Shown: positions 19,074-28,609, numbered from the stretch's first letter. The stretch is 64,000 nucleotides of DNA from Gammaproteobacteria bacterium (GCA_018831045.1 JAHJRA010000044.1:20731-84730); one strand, 5' to 3'. Numbers and translations: made by a program. Notes: generated by a model from the letters alone, not told the origin.

Positions 19074-19682
19074 TCAGTGAGCGTGGTGCACGTTATGGTT
19101 CAGGTGTTGCAACAGATCAGGCGTAATCTGGTTGAACAATAAAACCTTTCCCCCCTTGCTGCGGGTCAGGCTGGCGGCTGACTCCTGGCTGGAAAACGCG
19201 GGAAGATCAGCGTTGCGCATCGGTCCAAAGGCACTGGAGCCATACACGAACCAGGCCGTTTTAGCGTCAATCGATCGTCCGGTTTCAAAGTCGGTTACAT
19301 AGCTGACGGCGACGTCATCGAGCGTGTGCCCCCGGTTGTAACGCTCAACGCGTTGCAGAAAAGCAAACAGGTCTACCGGCGAGTCGAAGTGATGGCTTGC
19401 ACCCTCCTTGAAAATGATTTGCGCAGCCCAGCGCGGGTGACGGGCCGGGTACATGCCGCATACCGGGCAGCGGGCAGAGGCGGGGGCTGGTCGGGCATCG
19501 AGCATGGCCAGGCCGGAAGCCGGGTCGTAGGGGCTTGCCGGGGCAACAATGCACAGCTCGTTGTCGATCGAATCGGGGTGGCGGCTTGCCAGGTTGTCTT
19601 GCGGCAACAGCAGAACGGCAGCGATGGCGGCGGCGAAACCGATGCCCAGCCATTCCAGCCGTGATGGGGCGAGCCGCATCAA
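19074..19682 (-). CDS. NosL-family protein, second paralog
   Basis: CPVCGMYP..HP.WAAQI, HFDSPVDLF and GSSAFGPM; N-terminal hydrophobic segment. Confidence 0.82.
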   Translation of the reverse strand: MMRLAPSRLEWLGIGFAAAIAAVLLLPQDNLASRHPDSIDNELCIVAPASPYDPASGLAMLDARPAPASARCPVCGMYPARHPRWAAQIIFKEGASHHFDSPVDLFAFLQRVERYNRGHTLDDVAVSYVTDFETGRSIDAKTAWFVYGSSAFGPMRNADLPAFSSQESAASLTRSKGGKVLLFNQITPDLLQHLNHNVHHAH

Positions 19683-20044
19683 GAGAGCGCCGGAATCCCG
19701 AGCATGGGGTCGTCGAGCAAGGCGCGGATCAGACTACTCACGTTGTCTGCCGGGGACGTGTCGGCGCGGGTGATTGGGTCTGCGACGATGTGGCCAGCCG
19801 CATCGTGCAAATGGTTGGGAAAAGTGGCCAGGCCTTGGTGCAAGGGCGCGGTGTCGATTCCGGAGGTCGCATCGCCATAGACCCAGCGCAGCGAATAGGC
19901 ATCGGTTGCGGCATAGCGCACTTCCAGCGTCACGCCATTTTTCAGGCGGATGATCATGGCGTCCTGTTTCTGTTCGACCGGGAACTCGAGATCGTTCCCA
20001 AAGTGCGCATCGATTGCTACGCCGAGTTCAAGATGAAGGCTCAT
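19679..20044 (-). CDS. DUF6516/TumE-like protein
   Basis: GIDTAPLHQGLATFPNHLH resembles the D.APHH..L.TFP.H.H motif. ATGA overlaps at both ends. Confidence 0.6.
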   Translation of the reverse strand: MSLHLELGVAIDAHFGNDLEFPVEQKQDAMIIRLKNGVTLEVRYAATDAYSLRWVYGDATSGIDTAPLHQGLATFPNHLHDAAGHIVADPITRADTSPADNVSSLIRALLDDPMLGIPALS

Positions 20045-20313
20045 TTCTGATTCGCCTCCTTCAGACATTCGGCGAGCGTGGCACGGACTTCTTCGCGGGT
20101 GTCGGCAAGAATTCTGGCTGCCAGATAGTGCTCATAGGCCGGATGCTCAGTCACTTTTCCAGACTGGATCTGCTGCAGCAGATCCATCTCGTTTTCGGCA
20201 TCATGCTGCTTGAGAATGGCATGGTGATTTTCCCGCAGCTCATAGGCCAGCCGGGACAACTGTTCGATTTCCGTTGCGGTCTCGAACGCGACGTGTTCAA
20301 AGAATTCGACCAT
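20041..20313 (-). CDS. Small hypothetical protein (90 aa), possible antitoxin-like partner
   Basis: ORF starts 5 nt after the nosL stop with an AGGAG RBS and contains IQSGKVTEHPAYEHYL. It lies within the ORF track entry 20041..20781. Confidence 0.7.
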   Translation of the reverse strand: MVEFFEHVAFETATEIEQLSRLAYELRENHHAILKQHDAENEMDLLQQIQSGKVTEHPAYEHYLAARILADTREEVRATLAECLKEANQK

Positions 20314-20318
20314 GATGT

Positions 20319-20840
20319 TTACATGCTCCTGTCGTGAAGGGCGCCGCCGTCGAGCACCACCATGTCGGGGGTAATGTCGGCGAAACGATAAAGTTTTCCG
20401 CCATGCTCGGCGGCAAACTGGGTGGCATCTTTTTCCAGCGCGAAGCTGGCGATCGTTGGCCCCATGGAGCCGAGCCGTTTGCTGCCATACACGTAGTAGG
20501 CGGTCTTTGCGTCGATCCAGTGGTCCCGCGGCTGGTCCCAGTCTGTCTTGCCCATGTCCTGCACGAAAATACCGCGCACGGCCCGAACCTGTTCGGGATT
20601 GAGAAACATGTGGAACATTTCCACCGTGTCGCAGAAGTAATCCGGCTCGGCCTGCCCGGCATAATGAATCTGTGCCTTGGGGCCGGGATAGTCGGCGAGC
20701 AGCATGCCGTCCAGGCTGCAGGATGTGCCCTGATTGATCGCGAGGGGAACCACTGCGATTTCGGTTGCGGATTGCCCGCAACCCGCCAGTGCGGTGACAG
20801 CAAAGGCGGCGAGAATAAACTTATGTCGTACAGGTTTCAT
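20319..20840 (-). CDS. nosL: Nitrous oxide reductase accessory lipoprotein NosL
   Basis: Lipobox LAGC, CSLDGM..ADYPGPKAQ, YFCDT and GSMGP; follows nosY. Confidence 0.92.
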   Translation of the reverse strand: MKPVRHKFILAAFAVTALAGCGQSATEIAVVPLAINQGTSCSLDGMLLADYPGPKAQIHYAGQAEPDYFCDTVEMFHMFLNPEQVRAVRGIFVQDMGKTDWDQPRDHWIDAKTAYYVYGSKRLGSMGPTIASFALEKDATQFAAEHGGKLYRFADITPDMVVLDGGALHDRSM

Positions 20841-21652
20841 TTGCGGAATCTCCAGCTTGCAATACCTAGGGGCGCGGCTATCCAGGCGAGCATCACCAGA
20901 CCCAGCAGCCAGGGGTTGGCCAGGGCGGGCGGGAAAACAGTCGTCAGGCCATACAGGGTGCGAACGTCGTCGAGGGCAAAGACATTCAGGATGCGGAACA
21001 CGTCAGCGGGATTGGCCAGCAGCAGATAGGGGAAAATCTCGCCGCCCCACTGACCGCCGGTCACGACCAGCGCGCCGAGCAGCAGCAGGTCGAACACCAG
21101 CACGAAGAAAAACCAGAGTGCAATCGCGAGCCCGGAAGCGCGTGTGCGGTCACTGGCAAACACCGACAGCATCACCGCGAGGCTCAGGAAGGCGCAGCCC
21201 AGCAATACCGAACTGAACATGAAGCCGACGTAATGGAACAGCGCATTGAGATCGAGCTGCGGCGACAGTACGATTCCCGCCACACCAAAGCCGGCCACGG
21301 TGGAAAAGGTCAGCGCAGCAGCAAGCCCGAAATATTTGCCGAGCAGGATTTCCAGCCGGGTGATCGGCATCGACAGCAGCAGGTCGAGCGAGCCGCGTTC
21401 GCGTTCCCCTACGATGGCGTCGAAGCCCAGGATCAGCGCAATCAACGGGATCAGATAAATGACGAGGCTCACCAGGCTGGCAATGGTGACGTCGATCGCG
21501 TGAAAGCCGACGGAGCCCTGCTGCGCCGCGCCGAAGTAGGCGATGACCAGTGCGAAGGCGGTGAATACCAGGGCCACGGCCAGCACCCAGCGATTGCGGA
21601 TGCGGTCCCAGAATTCCTTGCTGGCGAGGGTGGTGATTTGTTTGATTTCCAT
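20837..21652 (-). CDS. nosY: NosY ABC transporter permease
   Basis: IVGERERGSLDLLLSMP and NPADVFRILN. Confidence 0.93.
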   Translation of the reverse strand: MEIKQITTLASKEFWDRIRNRWVLAVALVFTAFALVIAYFGAAQQGSVGFHAIDVTIASLVSLVIYLIPLIALILGFDAIVGERERGSLDLLLSMPITRLEILLGKYFGLAAALTFSTVAGFGVAGIVLSPQLDLNALFHYVGFMFSSVLLGCAFLSLAVMLSVFASDRTRASGLAIALWFFFVLVFDLLLLGALVVTGGQWGGEIFPYLLLANPADVFRILNVFALDDVRTLYGLTTVFPPALANPWLLGLVMLAWIAAPLGIASWRFRK

Positions 21653-21661
21653 GCCCGCCCT

Positions 21662-22597
21662 TTAGTCCGAAAAGCCGAAGAACACGTCTTCGAGCGAGGG
21701 TTCGCGCACGCTCAGGTCGCGTACGCGTCCACCCAGTGCGGCAAGTGCTTCGATCACTGCCATTTTGTTTTCGCGCTGGCAGGGCACGGTCAGATGATCG
21801 GCGTGCGTCTCGATTGCGCCGACAGGCAGATGGGCAAGCGCTGCGCGCACTGCAGCGAAATCCTCCGGCGCGGTGCGCACGGTAAACCACAGCGGCAGCT
21901 CCATCTGCTCGCGCAAGGCCTGCACCGTGCCGCTGGCCTGTATCTTGCCGGCGGTCATGATGGCCAGGCGATCCACCCGTTCCTGGATCTCGGCGAGGAT
22001 GTGGGAGGTGATCACCATCGTCACGCCTTCGCTGCGAAGCTGCCGCAGGATCGCGTAGAAGCTGCGGATCGCCTCCGGGTCGAGTCCGGAAGTCGGCTCG
22101 TCGAGAAACAGGATGCGCGGCTTGCCGAGCAGCGCCTGGGCAAAGCCGAGCCGTTGGCGCATGCCCTTGGAGTATTCGCGCACCCGCCGCCGGGCCGCCT
22201 GCGCCAGACCGACGCGTTCGAGCGCCGCGCCGCTTTCGGCCGGTGACACGCCTTTCAGGCGCGAAAAGAAATGCAGCGTTTCAAGCCCGGTGAGGTTGTC
22301 GTAGAGCACGACATTTTCCGGCAGGTAGCCAATTGTGCGCCGCACCGCGCGAAAATTGCCGCCGCTCACCTGTGCGCCATCGATGCGGATTTCGCCCGCA
22401 GTGGCGGGGATCAGGCCGAGCATCATCTTGAACATCGTGCTCTTGCCGGCGCCGTTGTGGCCAATGAGGCCGAACAGTTCACCGGCGCGAATATCGAGGT
22501 CGACGCCATCGACCGCATGAATCGGCCCGTAGTGCTTGTGCACGCCGCGCGCGACGATGACCGCAGTCCCCGTTTCAGTTTGTGTCTCAGTTTGCAT
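21662..22597 (-). CDS. nosF: NosF ABC transporter ATPase
   Basis: Walker A GHNGAGKST, YSKGMRQRLG and LDEPT. Confidence 0.93.
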   Translation of the reverse strand: MQTETQTETGTAVIVARGVHKHYGPIHAVDGVDLDIRAGELFGLIGHNGAGKSTMFKMMLGLIPATAGEIRIDGAQVSGGNFRAVRRTIGYLPENVVLYDNLTGLETLHFFSRLKGVSPAESGAALERVGLAQAARRRVREYSKGMRQRLGFAQALLGKPRILFLDEPTSGLDPEAIRSFYAILRQLRSEGVTMVITSHILAEIQERVDRLAIMTAGKIQASGTVQALREQMELPLWFTVRTAPEDFAAVRAALAHLPVGAIETHADHLTVPCQRENKMAVIEALAALGGRVRDLSVREPSLEDVFFGFSD

Positions 22598-23876
22598 AAT
22601 GGAAGTAACGGCTACGCCATTGGCCCCAGTCAGATTGGTACGGTTGCATCACGGGGGTGGGATCGACGACGCTTGGCGCGCGCAACAGCGGGAACTGCTG
22701 GCTGACCAGCCGCAGCGTCTGTACCGCCGGGCTGGCGAGCAGCAGCTTCATCATCGGGTGTTGCCAGGACAGGCGGTCGACCAGGTCGTTGGCCTCGTAT
22801 TGCACGTCGCCGATGCCGTCGCCGTTGCGATCCCAGCCCACATAATTGCTCCAGTAGTTGCCACGGCCCTTGCCCCATACCACGTCCTGGCTGGCGACGT
22901 ATTTGATCTGGGTACGGTTTGAGATGAAGTCATTGCCGGTGACCTGGTTGTGGATCGAACCCGCCGCCAGATGCACGCCTGTGGTGTTGTCTACGATCAG
23001 GTTGTTGCGCAGGATGTTGTACTCGGCGTCGTAGATGAAGAAACCGCGTTCATTGCCCGCCACAATGTTGCCCTCGATGACCGAGTCCTGAATGGTGCGC
23101 AGCATGATGCCATGATCCGAATTGCCCCAGGCGCGGTTATTGCGCACCACCTGATGGCGGGTCATCATCAGCGCGAGGCCGCCCCGGTTGTGGTACGAGT
23201 CGTTGCTTTCCCACACGTTGTAGTGGGAGTTCATGTAGTGGGTGCCGTAGCGGGAATGGTGGATGCGGTTGCCGCGGAATACCGCGTGGTGCGATACGTC
23301 GACGTAGATGCCGTCGCGCACGAAGCTGATGTTGTTGCCGATGATCTGCGCGCCTTCGGTGTTATAGAGCTGGATGCCGTTGCCGCGCCGGGGGGATCGA
23401 TAATCGCGCTTGCCGGTGATGACATTGTTGCGGATCTCGACGTTCTTGACCGACTGGATATAAATGCCGAACAGGTTGTAGGTCAGGTCGCAGTTGCGCA
23501 CCGCCGCGCGATGCGCCCCCGGCTTGATGAAAATGCCGGCATTCTGGTCGATCAGTTCATCGCCCGAATCACGCACGATCAACCCATCGACAACCACATC
23601 CTCTGCGGTGATCCGGATCGTGTCGCCCTTGAAGCCGCCGCTCAGGGTAGGGCGGTCAATCCCTTTCAGCATCAAGGGTTTGTCGATCACCAGTTGCTCC
23701 TGGTAATAGCCTTTTTCCACCCGGATCACGTCACCGGGCGAAGCCTGCGCAATCGCCGCAGCGATGGACTGCCCTGTCTGCACGGTCAGTTCGGCAGCAT
23801 CCCCGCTTCCCGCTGCCAGCAAGCATAACCATGCAGCCGCAAGCGGGGGGGGGCGGTAGCGCATCAATACAGCCAT
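22587..23876 (-). CDS. nosD: NosD periplasmic maturation protein
   Basis: RGNGIQLYN, RDGIYVDVS, RYGTHYM and GNYWSNY.GWD..GDGIGD. The start may be the ATG near 23864. Confidence 0.93.
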   Translation of the reverse strand: MAVLMRYRPPPLAAAWLCLLAAGSGDAAELTVQTGQSIAAAIAQASPGDVIRVEKGYYQEQLVIDKPLMLKGIDRPTLSGGFKGDTIRITAEDVVVDGLIVRDSGDELIDQNAGIFIKPGAHRAAVRNCDLTYNLFGIYIQSVKNVEIRNNVITGKRDYRSPRRGNGIQLYNTEGAQIIGNNISFVRDGIYVDVSHHAVFRGNRIHHSRYGTHYMNSHYNVWESNDSYHNRGGLALMMTRHQVVRNNRAWGNSDHGIMLRTIQDSVIEGNIVAGNERGFFIYDAEYNILRNNLIVDNTTGVHLAAGSIHNQVTGNDFISNRTQIKYVASQDVVWGKGRGNYWSNYVGWDRNGDGIGDVQYEANDLVDRLSWQHPMMKLLLASPAVQTLRLVSQQFPLLRAPSVVDPTPVMQPYQSDWGQWRSRYFHYAN

Positions 23877-26545
23877 TGCAATGCTGGCAGGCCTTGCAGG
23901 AAGTCCAGTACCCCCGCGCCTTTCATGATCAGGAACAGGGCGGCGGCGATCAGCAGGTTTTTGAACGCCACGTAGGCGGCCATGTCAGCCCAGGATGCCG
24001 GAACCAGATTGCGCCCCCACCACGGGCCGTCCTTGACGTAGGGTTTGCAGCGCATGCGTATCACCATTTCGTACACACTCCAGGCCAGCCACCAGCCGAG
24101 GATGATGCCGGGGCCGACACTGCCGGCCGCACCGAGCACCCACACCCAGGTCACCAGTATGGTGAGGGCGAACGTGGCTGCCTGCAGCAGAACCGGCTGC
24201 TGGAATACCTTGCGGCTCCAGGGGAACGCGTGGTCGAAGAACTCCTGCCCGATGAAGGCGGGCAGGCTTTGCCGAGCTGCAGCAGCAGGCGCCACGACGA
24301 CCGGGATGATGGGAATGAAGTAGCCGTCCGAACCGATCGCGGTCAGCGGCTCCCCGGCCTTGGTGCGGCGCTTGCGCTCCTGCGCCAGCGGTGGGCAGGC
24401 GTGGTCGTCGTAATACAGCACCTGGCAGTCCAGACACAGCAGGCATTCACGCTGGTCAATGCGGCCCGAATCGTCGATGGCCTGGGATCCGCAGCCCACC
24501 TGGCACGCGGCGCAAGGGCCACATTCCTGCTTGCGCTTGAGCCCCCACCAGCGGAACGTCGAGGGCACGGCAAGCGCTGCGCCGAGCGGGCACAGATACT
24601 TGCAGAACGGGCGCTCGAAAAAAGCCGAAGCGACAATCAAGACCGTCCAGAAAGTGACGAAAGGCCAGGAGCGGTTCCACACCCCGACCAGAAAAGTGGT
24701 TTTGAAGGGCTCGATTTCGGCGAGCTTTTCCGCCAGCCCGATGGAATAGAACGACACCGCGAGCAAAATCGCAAAGATGCCGTACTTGATCCATTTCAGG
24801 CGGTCATGCCAGTTTTGCGGCAGCAAATGGCGCTGATAGCGCTTGAGGCCCAGTTTGCCGGCCGCATGGTAGACCAGCTCGGCGAGCGAACCGTAGGGGC
24901 ACATCCAGCCGCAGAACATCCCGCGTCCCCAGAAGAAAACCGAGACGACAATGAAAATCCAGAACAGGAAGACGAACGGATCGGACAGGAACAATTCCCA
25001 GCGCCACTCGAACAGGATGGCGTGGAACCAGGTCAGCACCTGCGTGATGGACGGCACGGCCAGCAGGTAAAACCCGACGAATCCGATCGACGTAGCCCAT
25101 AGCAGGTATTTCGGGATGTCCTTCCAGCGCTTGTCTTTCATGGTTGAGCGACGAACCAGCTTGTCGCGCAATGCATACACCGTTCCCGCTGCGGTGAGCC
25201 AGAGCAGAAACAGGATGACCTCGATCTTGCGGGTTTTCCAGACGGTCACCCAGGTCGCTTCCGGCTTGATGATTTCCGGCCGGCCGCCTTCCAGATAGCG
25301 GCTGGGCAGCCAGTATTCCTGGTCGAAGTTGACGAAGGTCTTGGCGCGGGTTTGCCGATCCATCTTGTTGGCCAGAAACACCAGACTCCAGGGATAGGCC
25401 GCACTGAATGTGGGTGAACGGATGATGAAGATGGCCGATTCCCGGTAAGCGGGTGCACCGGCTGCCTTGATGTCGTAGAGATTGAGGTAGTCCAGATCGC
25501 GGAAGGTGGTGGTGTCGATATCCTGCGACACCTGCACCCGGTCATAAATCCCGCCGCGCACAAAACCCGATCCCTTGAATGATTCCACCCCGCTGGCGAT
25601 GATGAAAATGGCATGTTCGTTGGGCTTGAGCCGGGACATCAGGCTTTCGTAGACGGCGTCGCCGAGCACGCTGCGCCCAACTCCCGGTGCATTGAGGTAG
25701 CCAAAATGCATATCGATGTAGGGCTGGTCGGAGCGGGGCATCCCGACCGCCTCGGTACTGACCTGGATGCGCTGGACGCTGCCTTCCTTGACCAGCTCAT
25801 CCCAATCCAGTTTGCCTTCGACCGGCCTGAACTTCGCCTGCGGCAGCACGGTGGGTTCGATGATGCCCACCTGCTTTGCAACGGCCAGACCGCTGCGAAG
25901 AATGACCTGGTTTTGGGCAATCACGGTCACGGTCGCCCCGGTGATGGCGTCCAGGCCGATCACGCCCTGATTCGGACGCCCTGCGCCCACTTCGATCTTT
26001 GAACCGACAAACTTGCCGAGGTACTGCTTGATGAACTTGGTGAGCTCCTTTTCCGGAATGCCCAGCAGCAGGATCGGTTCAGAGTGTTTGAGCACCCGAA
26101 CGCCGGTGACGATGCCCTGGGTATCCATGCCAATCAGGGTCACGACAGGTTTGCCTGAATAGGCAGGGATGTCGACGATGTCGGTGGAGAGAAAGACGTA
26201 ACCAATCAGCTTGCGATCGTTTTCCTTCCCAGGATCGCCTTTATTGCCGTGGTCCTCTTTTTCGTCGTGACCGTTCTTCCTGCCGTGATCTCCTTTCTCG
26301 CCAGGGTCGCCTCTCCTGCTCTGGTAGGCCTCGACATAGGCTGGCTTGCCCATGCGGTGGGAAAAGCTGTCGGCGCCGGGCAGCACCTCCTTGCACGGGA
26401 CGTACGCGCAGAGGTCTGGGTCGGTGGACAACTGGACGGGCAGGGGCGCCTCATAACTTCCACTTTCGCCAACGGCCAGACCCCACGCGCAGATCAGGCA
26501 AAGCCCTGCCAGGAAACGGGTAAAAAAACCGGGGAGATAAGTCAT
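23864..26545 (-). CDS. nosR: NosR FMN/Fe-S membrane electron-transfer protein
   Basis: YSGKP, LDAITGATVT (FMN-threonine), CGWMCPYG, FCKYLCPLG, CGPCAACQVGC and CLLCLDC. Confidence 0.95.
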   Translation of the reverse strand: MTYLPGFFTRFLAGLCLICAWGLAVGESGSYEAPLPVQLSTDPDLCAYVPCKEVLPGADSFSHRMGKPAYVEAYQSRRGDPGEKGDHGRKNGHDEKEDHGNKGDPGKENDRKLIGYVFLSTDIVDIPAYSGKPVVTLIGMDTQGIVTGVRVLKHSEPILLLGIPEKELTKFIKQYLGKFVGSKIEVGAGRPNQGVIGLDAITGATVTVIAQNQVILRSGLAVAKQVGIIEPTVLPQAKFRPVEGKLDWDELVKEGSVQRIQVSTEAVGMPRSDQPYIDMHFGYLNAPGVGRSVLGDAVYESLMSRLKPNEHAIFIIASGVESFKGSGFVRGGIYDRVQVSQDIDTTTFRDLDYLNLYDIKAAGAPAYRESAIFIIRSPTFSAAYPWSLVFLANKMDRQTRAKTFVNFDQEYWLPSRYLEGGRPEIIKPEATWVTVWKTRKIEVILFLLWLTAAGTVYALRDKLVRRSTMKDKRWKDIPKYLLWATSIGFVGFYLLAVPSITQVLTWFHAILFEWRWELFLSDPFVFLFWIFIVVSVFFWGRGMFCGWMCPYGSLAELVYHAAGKLGLKRYQRHLLPQNWHDRLKWIKYGIFAILLAVSFYSIGLAEKLAEIEPFKTTFLVGVWNRSWPFVTFWTVLIVASAFFERPFCKYLCPLGAALAVPSTFRWWGLKRKQECGPCAACQVGCGSQAIDDSGRIDQRECLLCLDCQVLYYDDHACPPLAQERKRRTKAGEPLTAIGSDGYFIPIIPVVVAPAAAARQSLPAFIGQEFFDHAFPWSRKVFQQPVLLQAATFALTILVTWVWVLGAAGSVGPGIILGWWLAWSVYEMVIRMRCKPYVKDGPWWGRNLVPASWADMAAYVAFKNLLIAAALFLIMKGAGVLDFLQGLPALQWLY
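26222..26311 (-). repeat. Five degenerate 18-bp (hexapeptide) repeats inside nosR
   Basis: GDPGEK-GDHGRK-NGHDEK-EDHGNK-GDPGKE. Confidence 0.75.
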
Positions 26546-26588
26546 GAAAGAATCAGAAGGCCTCGCTGTATCGCTACTGAACAAGCAC

Positions 26589-26616
26589 AAAAAAGGCAGC
26601 GTCCTTGCGGACGCTG
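26589..26616 (-). terminator. Intrinsic terminator between nosZ and nosR
   Basis: Minus strand CAGCGTCC-gcaa-GGACGCTG-cc-TTTTTT. Confidence 0.7.
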
Positions 26617-26674
26617 ATTTGCCACCTGGATGACCGAAACTACTCGTCCCCTTTACCGGGAACGGGGGCGCTGT

Positions 26675-28609
26675 TCAGGCCTCGACAATCATGCGGCTGC
26701 GCATTTCCAGGTGCAGGGCATGACAGAAGTTGGTGCAGTAGCACCAGTAGACGCCTGGTTTGTCGACCGTGAACGTGACCGACTTGGTTTCCTGCGGATT
26801 GACGATGAACTGGATGTCATATTTTGGAATAGCGAAGCCATGGGTCAGATCTTCCACCTTGTCATGGTTGGTCAGGATGATGGTCACCTCATCGCCCTTC
26901 TTGAGCTTGAATTCCCGCAGGCTGAAGGTCGGCGCCTGGCTGGTGAGCTTGACCGTCACCTTTTTCCCGTTGCGGAAAACACCCGAATCCTTGGGGTCCA
27001 TCACCGCCAGCGGGAACTCGTCAAGGTTGTAGATCTGCCGTGTCTTGATGATGTCACGACGGACGATGATCGAGTCGTGCGGCTCCGAGTACACCGAGTG
27101 GTCGGCCACCAGCTTCATCTTGTCGCCGCTGATGTCGATCATCTGTGCGGTCTCGGCATGCAACGGACCCACGGGCAGGAACCTGTCCTTGGAGAACTTG
27201 TTGTCCGAAATGAAGTACTTGCCATCCGATTCCCTGGTTTCACCCATGGAGGTGAAGCCGTGGCCCGGCTGGTAATGCACGTCGATGCGGTCCAGCACCA
27301 CCTTGGCTGCCTTGTCGCCCTTGAACGCCTTGATCGCGGCTTCCACGTTCCATTTCACGATCTGGCTGTCGAGGAACAGCGTGGTGTAGGCGTTGCCCTT
27401 GTTGTCAAAGCCGGTGTGCAGCGGACCGAGGCCAATCTCGGGCTCGGCCACCACTGCATCGCGCGCCTTGGCCAGATCACCGTCGAACCATTTCAGCACC
27501 TGGGCATGCTCGATGACCGAAGCCGTAGGTGAAAGCTTGCCCGCGCAGGCGTAATACTTGCCGTCCGGAGTGATGTTCACGCCGTGCGGGTTTTTCGGGA
27601 TCGGCACATAACACACCAGCGCGGTTTTCGGATCCTGGTTGGCGGCCCGCGTGCCGTCCACGACCGGCACCTTGGAACTGCCGATGGTGGTTGCCTTGCC
27701 GGCTTTCACTGCTTCTTCGATGCGGGCCACGTTGAAGAACAGGCAGGCATCCATCTCGGCTGACATGGTTTCTTCGTAATGGACGCCCATTTCGGTGTTG
27801 TACTGGTTGGTCGCCGCCAGCTTGCCGTCGTAGGAGCTCGCCACCAGGTCGCAGTTGCCGTCGATCAGCACCTGCCAGCGTACGTCCAGGGTGTTGGAAT
27901 CGACACAGGTGAACAGTGACTTGTACTTGCTGCCGTCTTCCAGATCGCGCCCATCGTTGGGCAGCGGAATCGAGAACTCGGCGCCGCAGAACACCCGGGT
28001 GGTGTGATTGATGGTGGCGTCGACCGGGTCGCGCTTGTCGGTAAAGGTGCCGTGGAAGCCCTGGATGTTGGGGATTTCCGTGATCTTGTCGCATTCCATG
28101 GTGTCCATCCGGACGCGCGCCAGACGGCCATGAATTTTGTCGTTCACGAACATGTATTTGCCGTCGTAGGTGCCGTCGGCGTAAGACTGGTGCACATGGT
28201 GGGTATCGCCGGTGGTGTATTTCGGCGTGCCGTCCGGCTTGGTTCCGAGGATGGCCTTGGATTCGTTGGTGATGCCCCAGCCCACCAGGCAGTCCATGTT
28301 GAAGACCGGGATGCGCTTCAGTTCGCGACCGGATGGCAGGCCGTAGATGCGCACTTCGCCGGAATGGCCACCGCTGGAAAATGAGTAATATTCATCGAGT
28401 TGACCGGGTGGCACCTCGTATTTGCTGACTTCGGCCGCATCGACCCGGGCGCCCGGAGCGGCTGCCGTGGGTGCTGACTCCTTGTTGCAGGCAGTCAGAC
28501 CGACCGAAAGTCCCACGCCGGAGAGTCCCACCAAGGCGGTGGTGTTCAGAAATTTGCGGCGATTCATATCCGGCTGGGGGGTGAGTGTTTTGTTGTCGCC
28601 CTGTGTCAT
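26675..28609 (-). CDS. nosZ: Clade I (Tat-dependent) nitrous oxide reductase
   Basis: MNRRKFL Tat motif, GDTHH, PHG, PLH, HYQPGH, EPHD (CuZ) and CTNFCHALHLEM (CuA). Confidence 0.99.
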   Translation of the reverse strand: MTQGDNKTLTPQPDMNRRKFLNTTALVGLSGVGLSVGLTACNKESAPTAAAPGARVDAAEVSKYEVPPGQLDEYYSFSSGGHSGEVRIYGLPSGRELKRIPVFNMDCLVGWGITNESKAILGTKPDGTPKYTTGDTHHVHQSYADGTYDGKYMFVNDKIHGRLARVRMDTMECDKITEIPNIQGFHGTFTDKRDPVDATINHTTRVFCGAEFSIPLPNDGRDLEDGSKYKSLFTCVDSNTLDVRWQVLIDGNCDLVASSYDGKLAATNQYNTEMGVHYEETMSAEMDACLFFNVARIEEAVKAGKATTIGSSKVPVVDGTRAANQDPKTALVCYVPIPKNPHGVNITPDGKYYACAGKLSPTASVIEHAQVLKWFDGDLAKARDAVVAEPEIGLGPLHTGFDNKGNAYTTLFLDSQIVKWNVEAAIKAFKGDKAAKVVLDRIDVHYQPGHGFTSMGETRESDGKYFISDNKFSKDRFLPVGPLHAETAQMIDISGDKMKLVADHSVYSEPHDSIIVRRDIIKTRQIYNLDEFPLAVMDPKDSGVFRNGKKVTVKLTSQAPTFSLREFKLKKGDEVTIILTNHDKVEDLTHGFAIPKYDIQFIVNPQETKSVTFTVDKPGVYWCYCTNFCHALHLEMRSRMIVEA

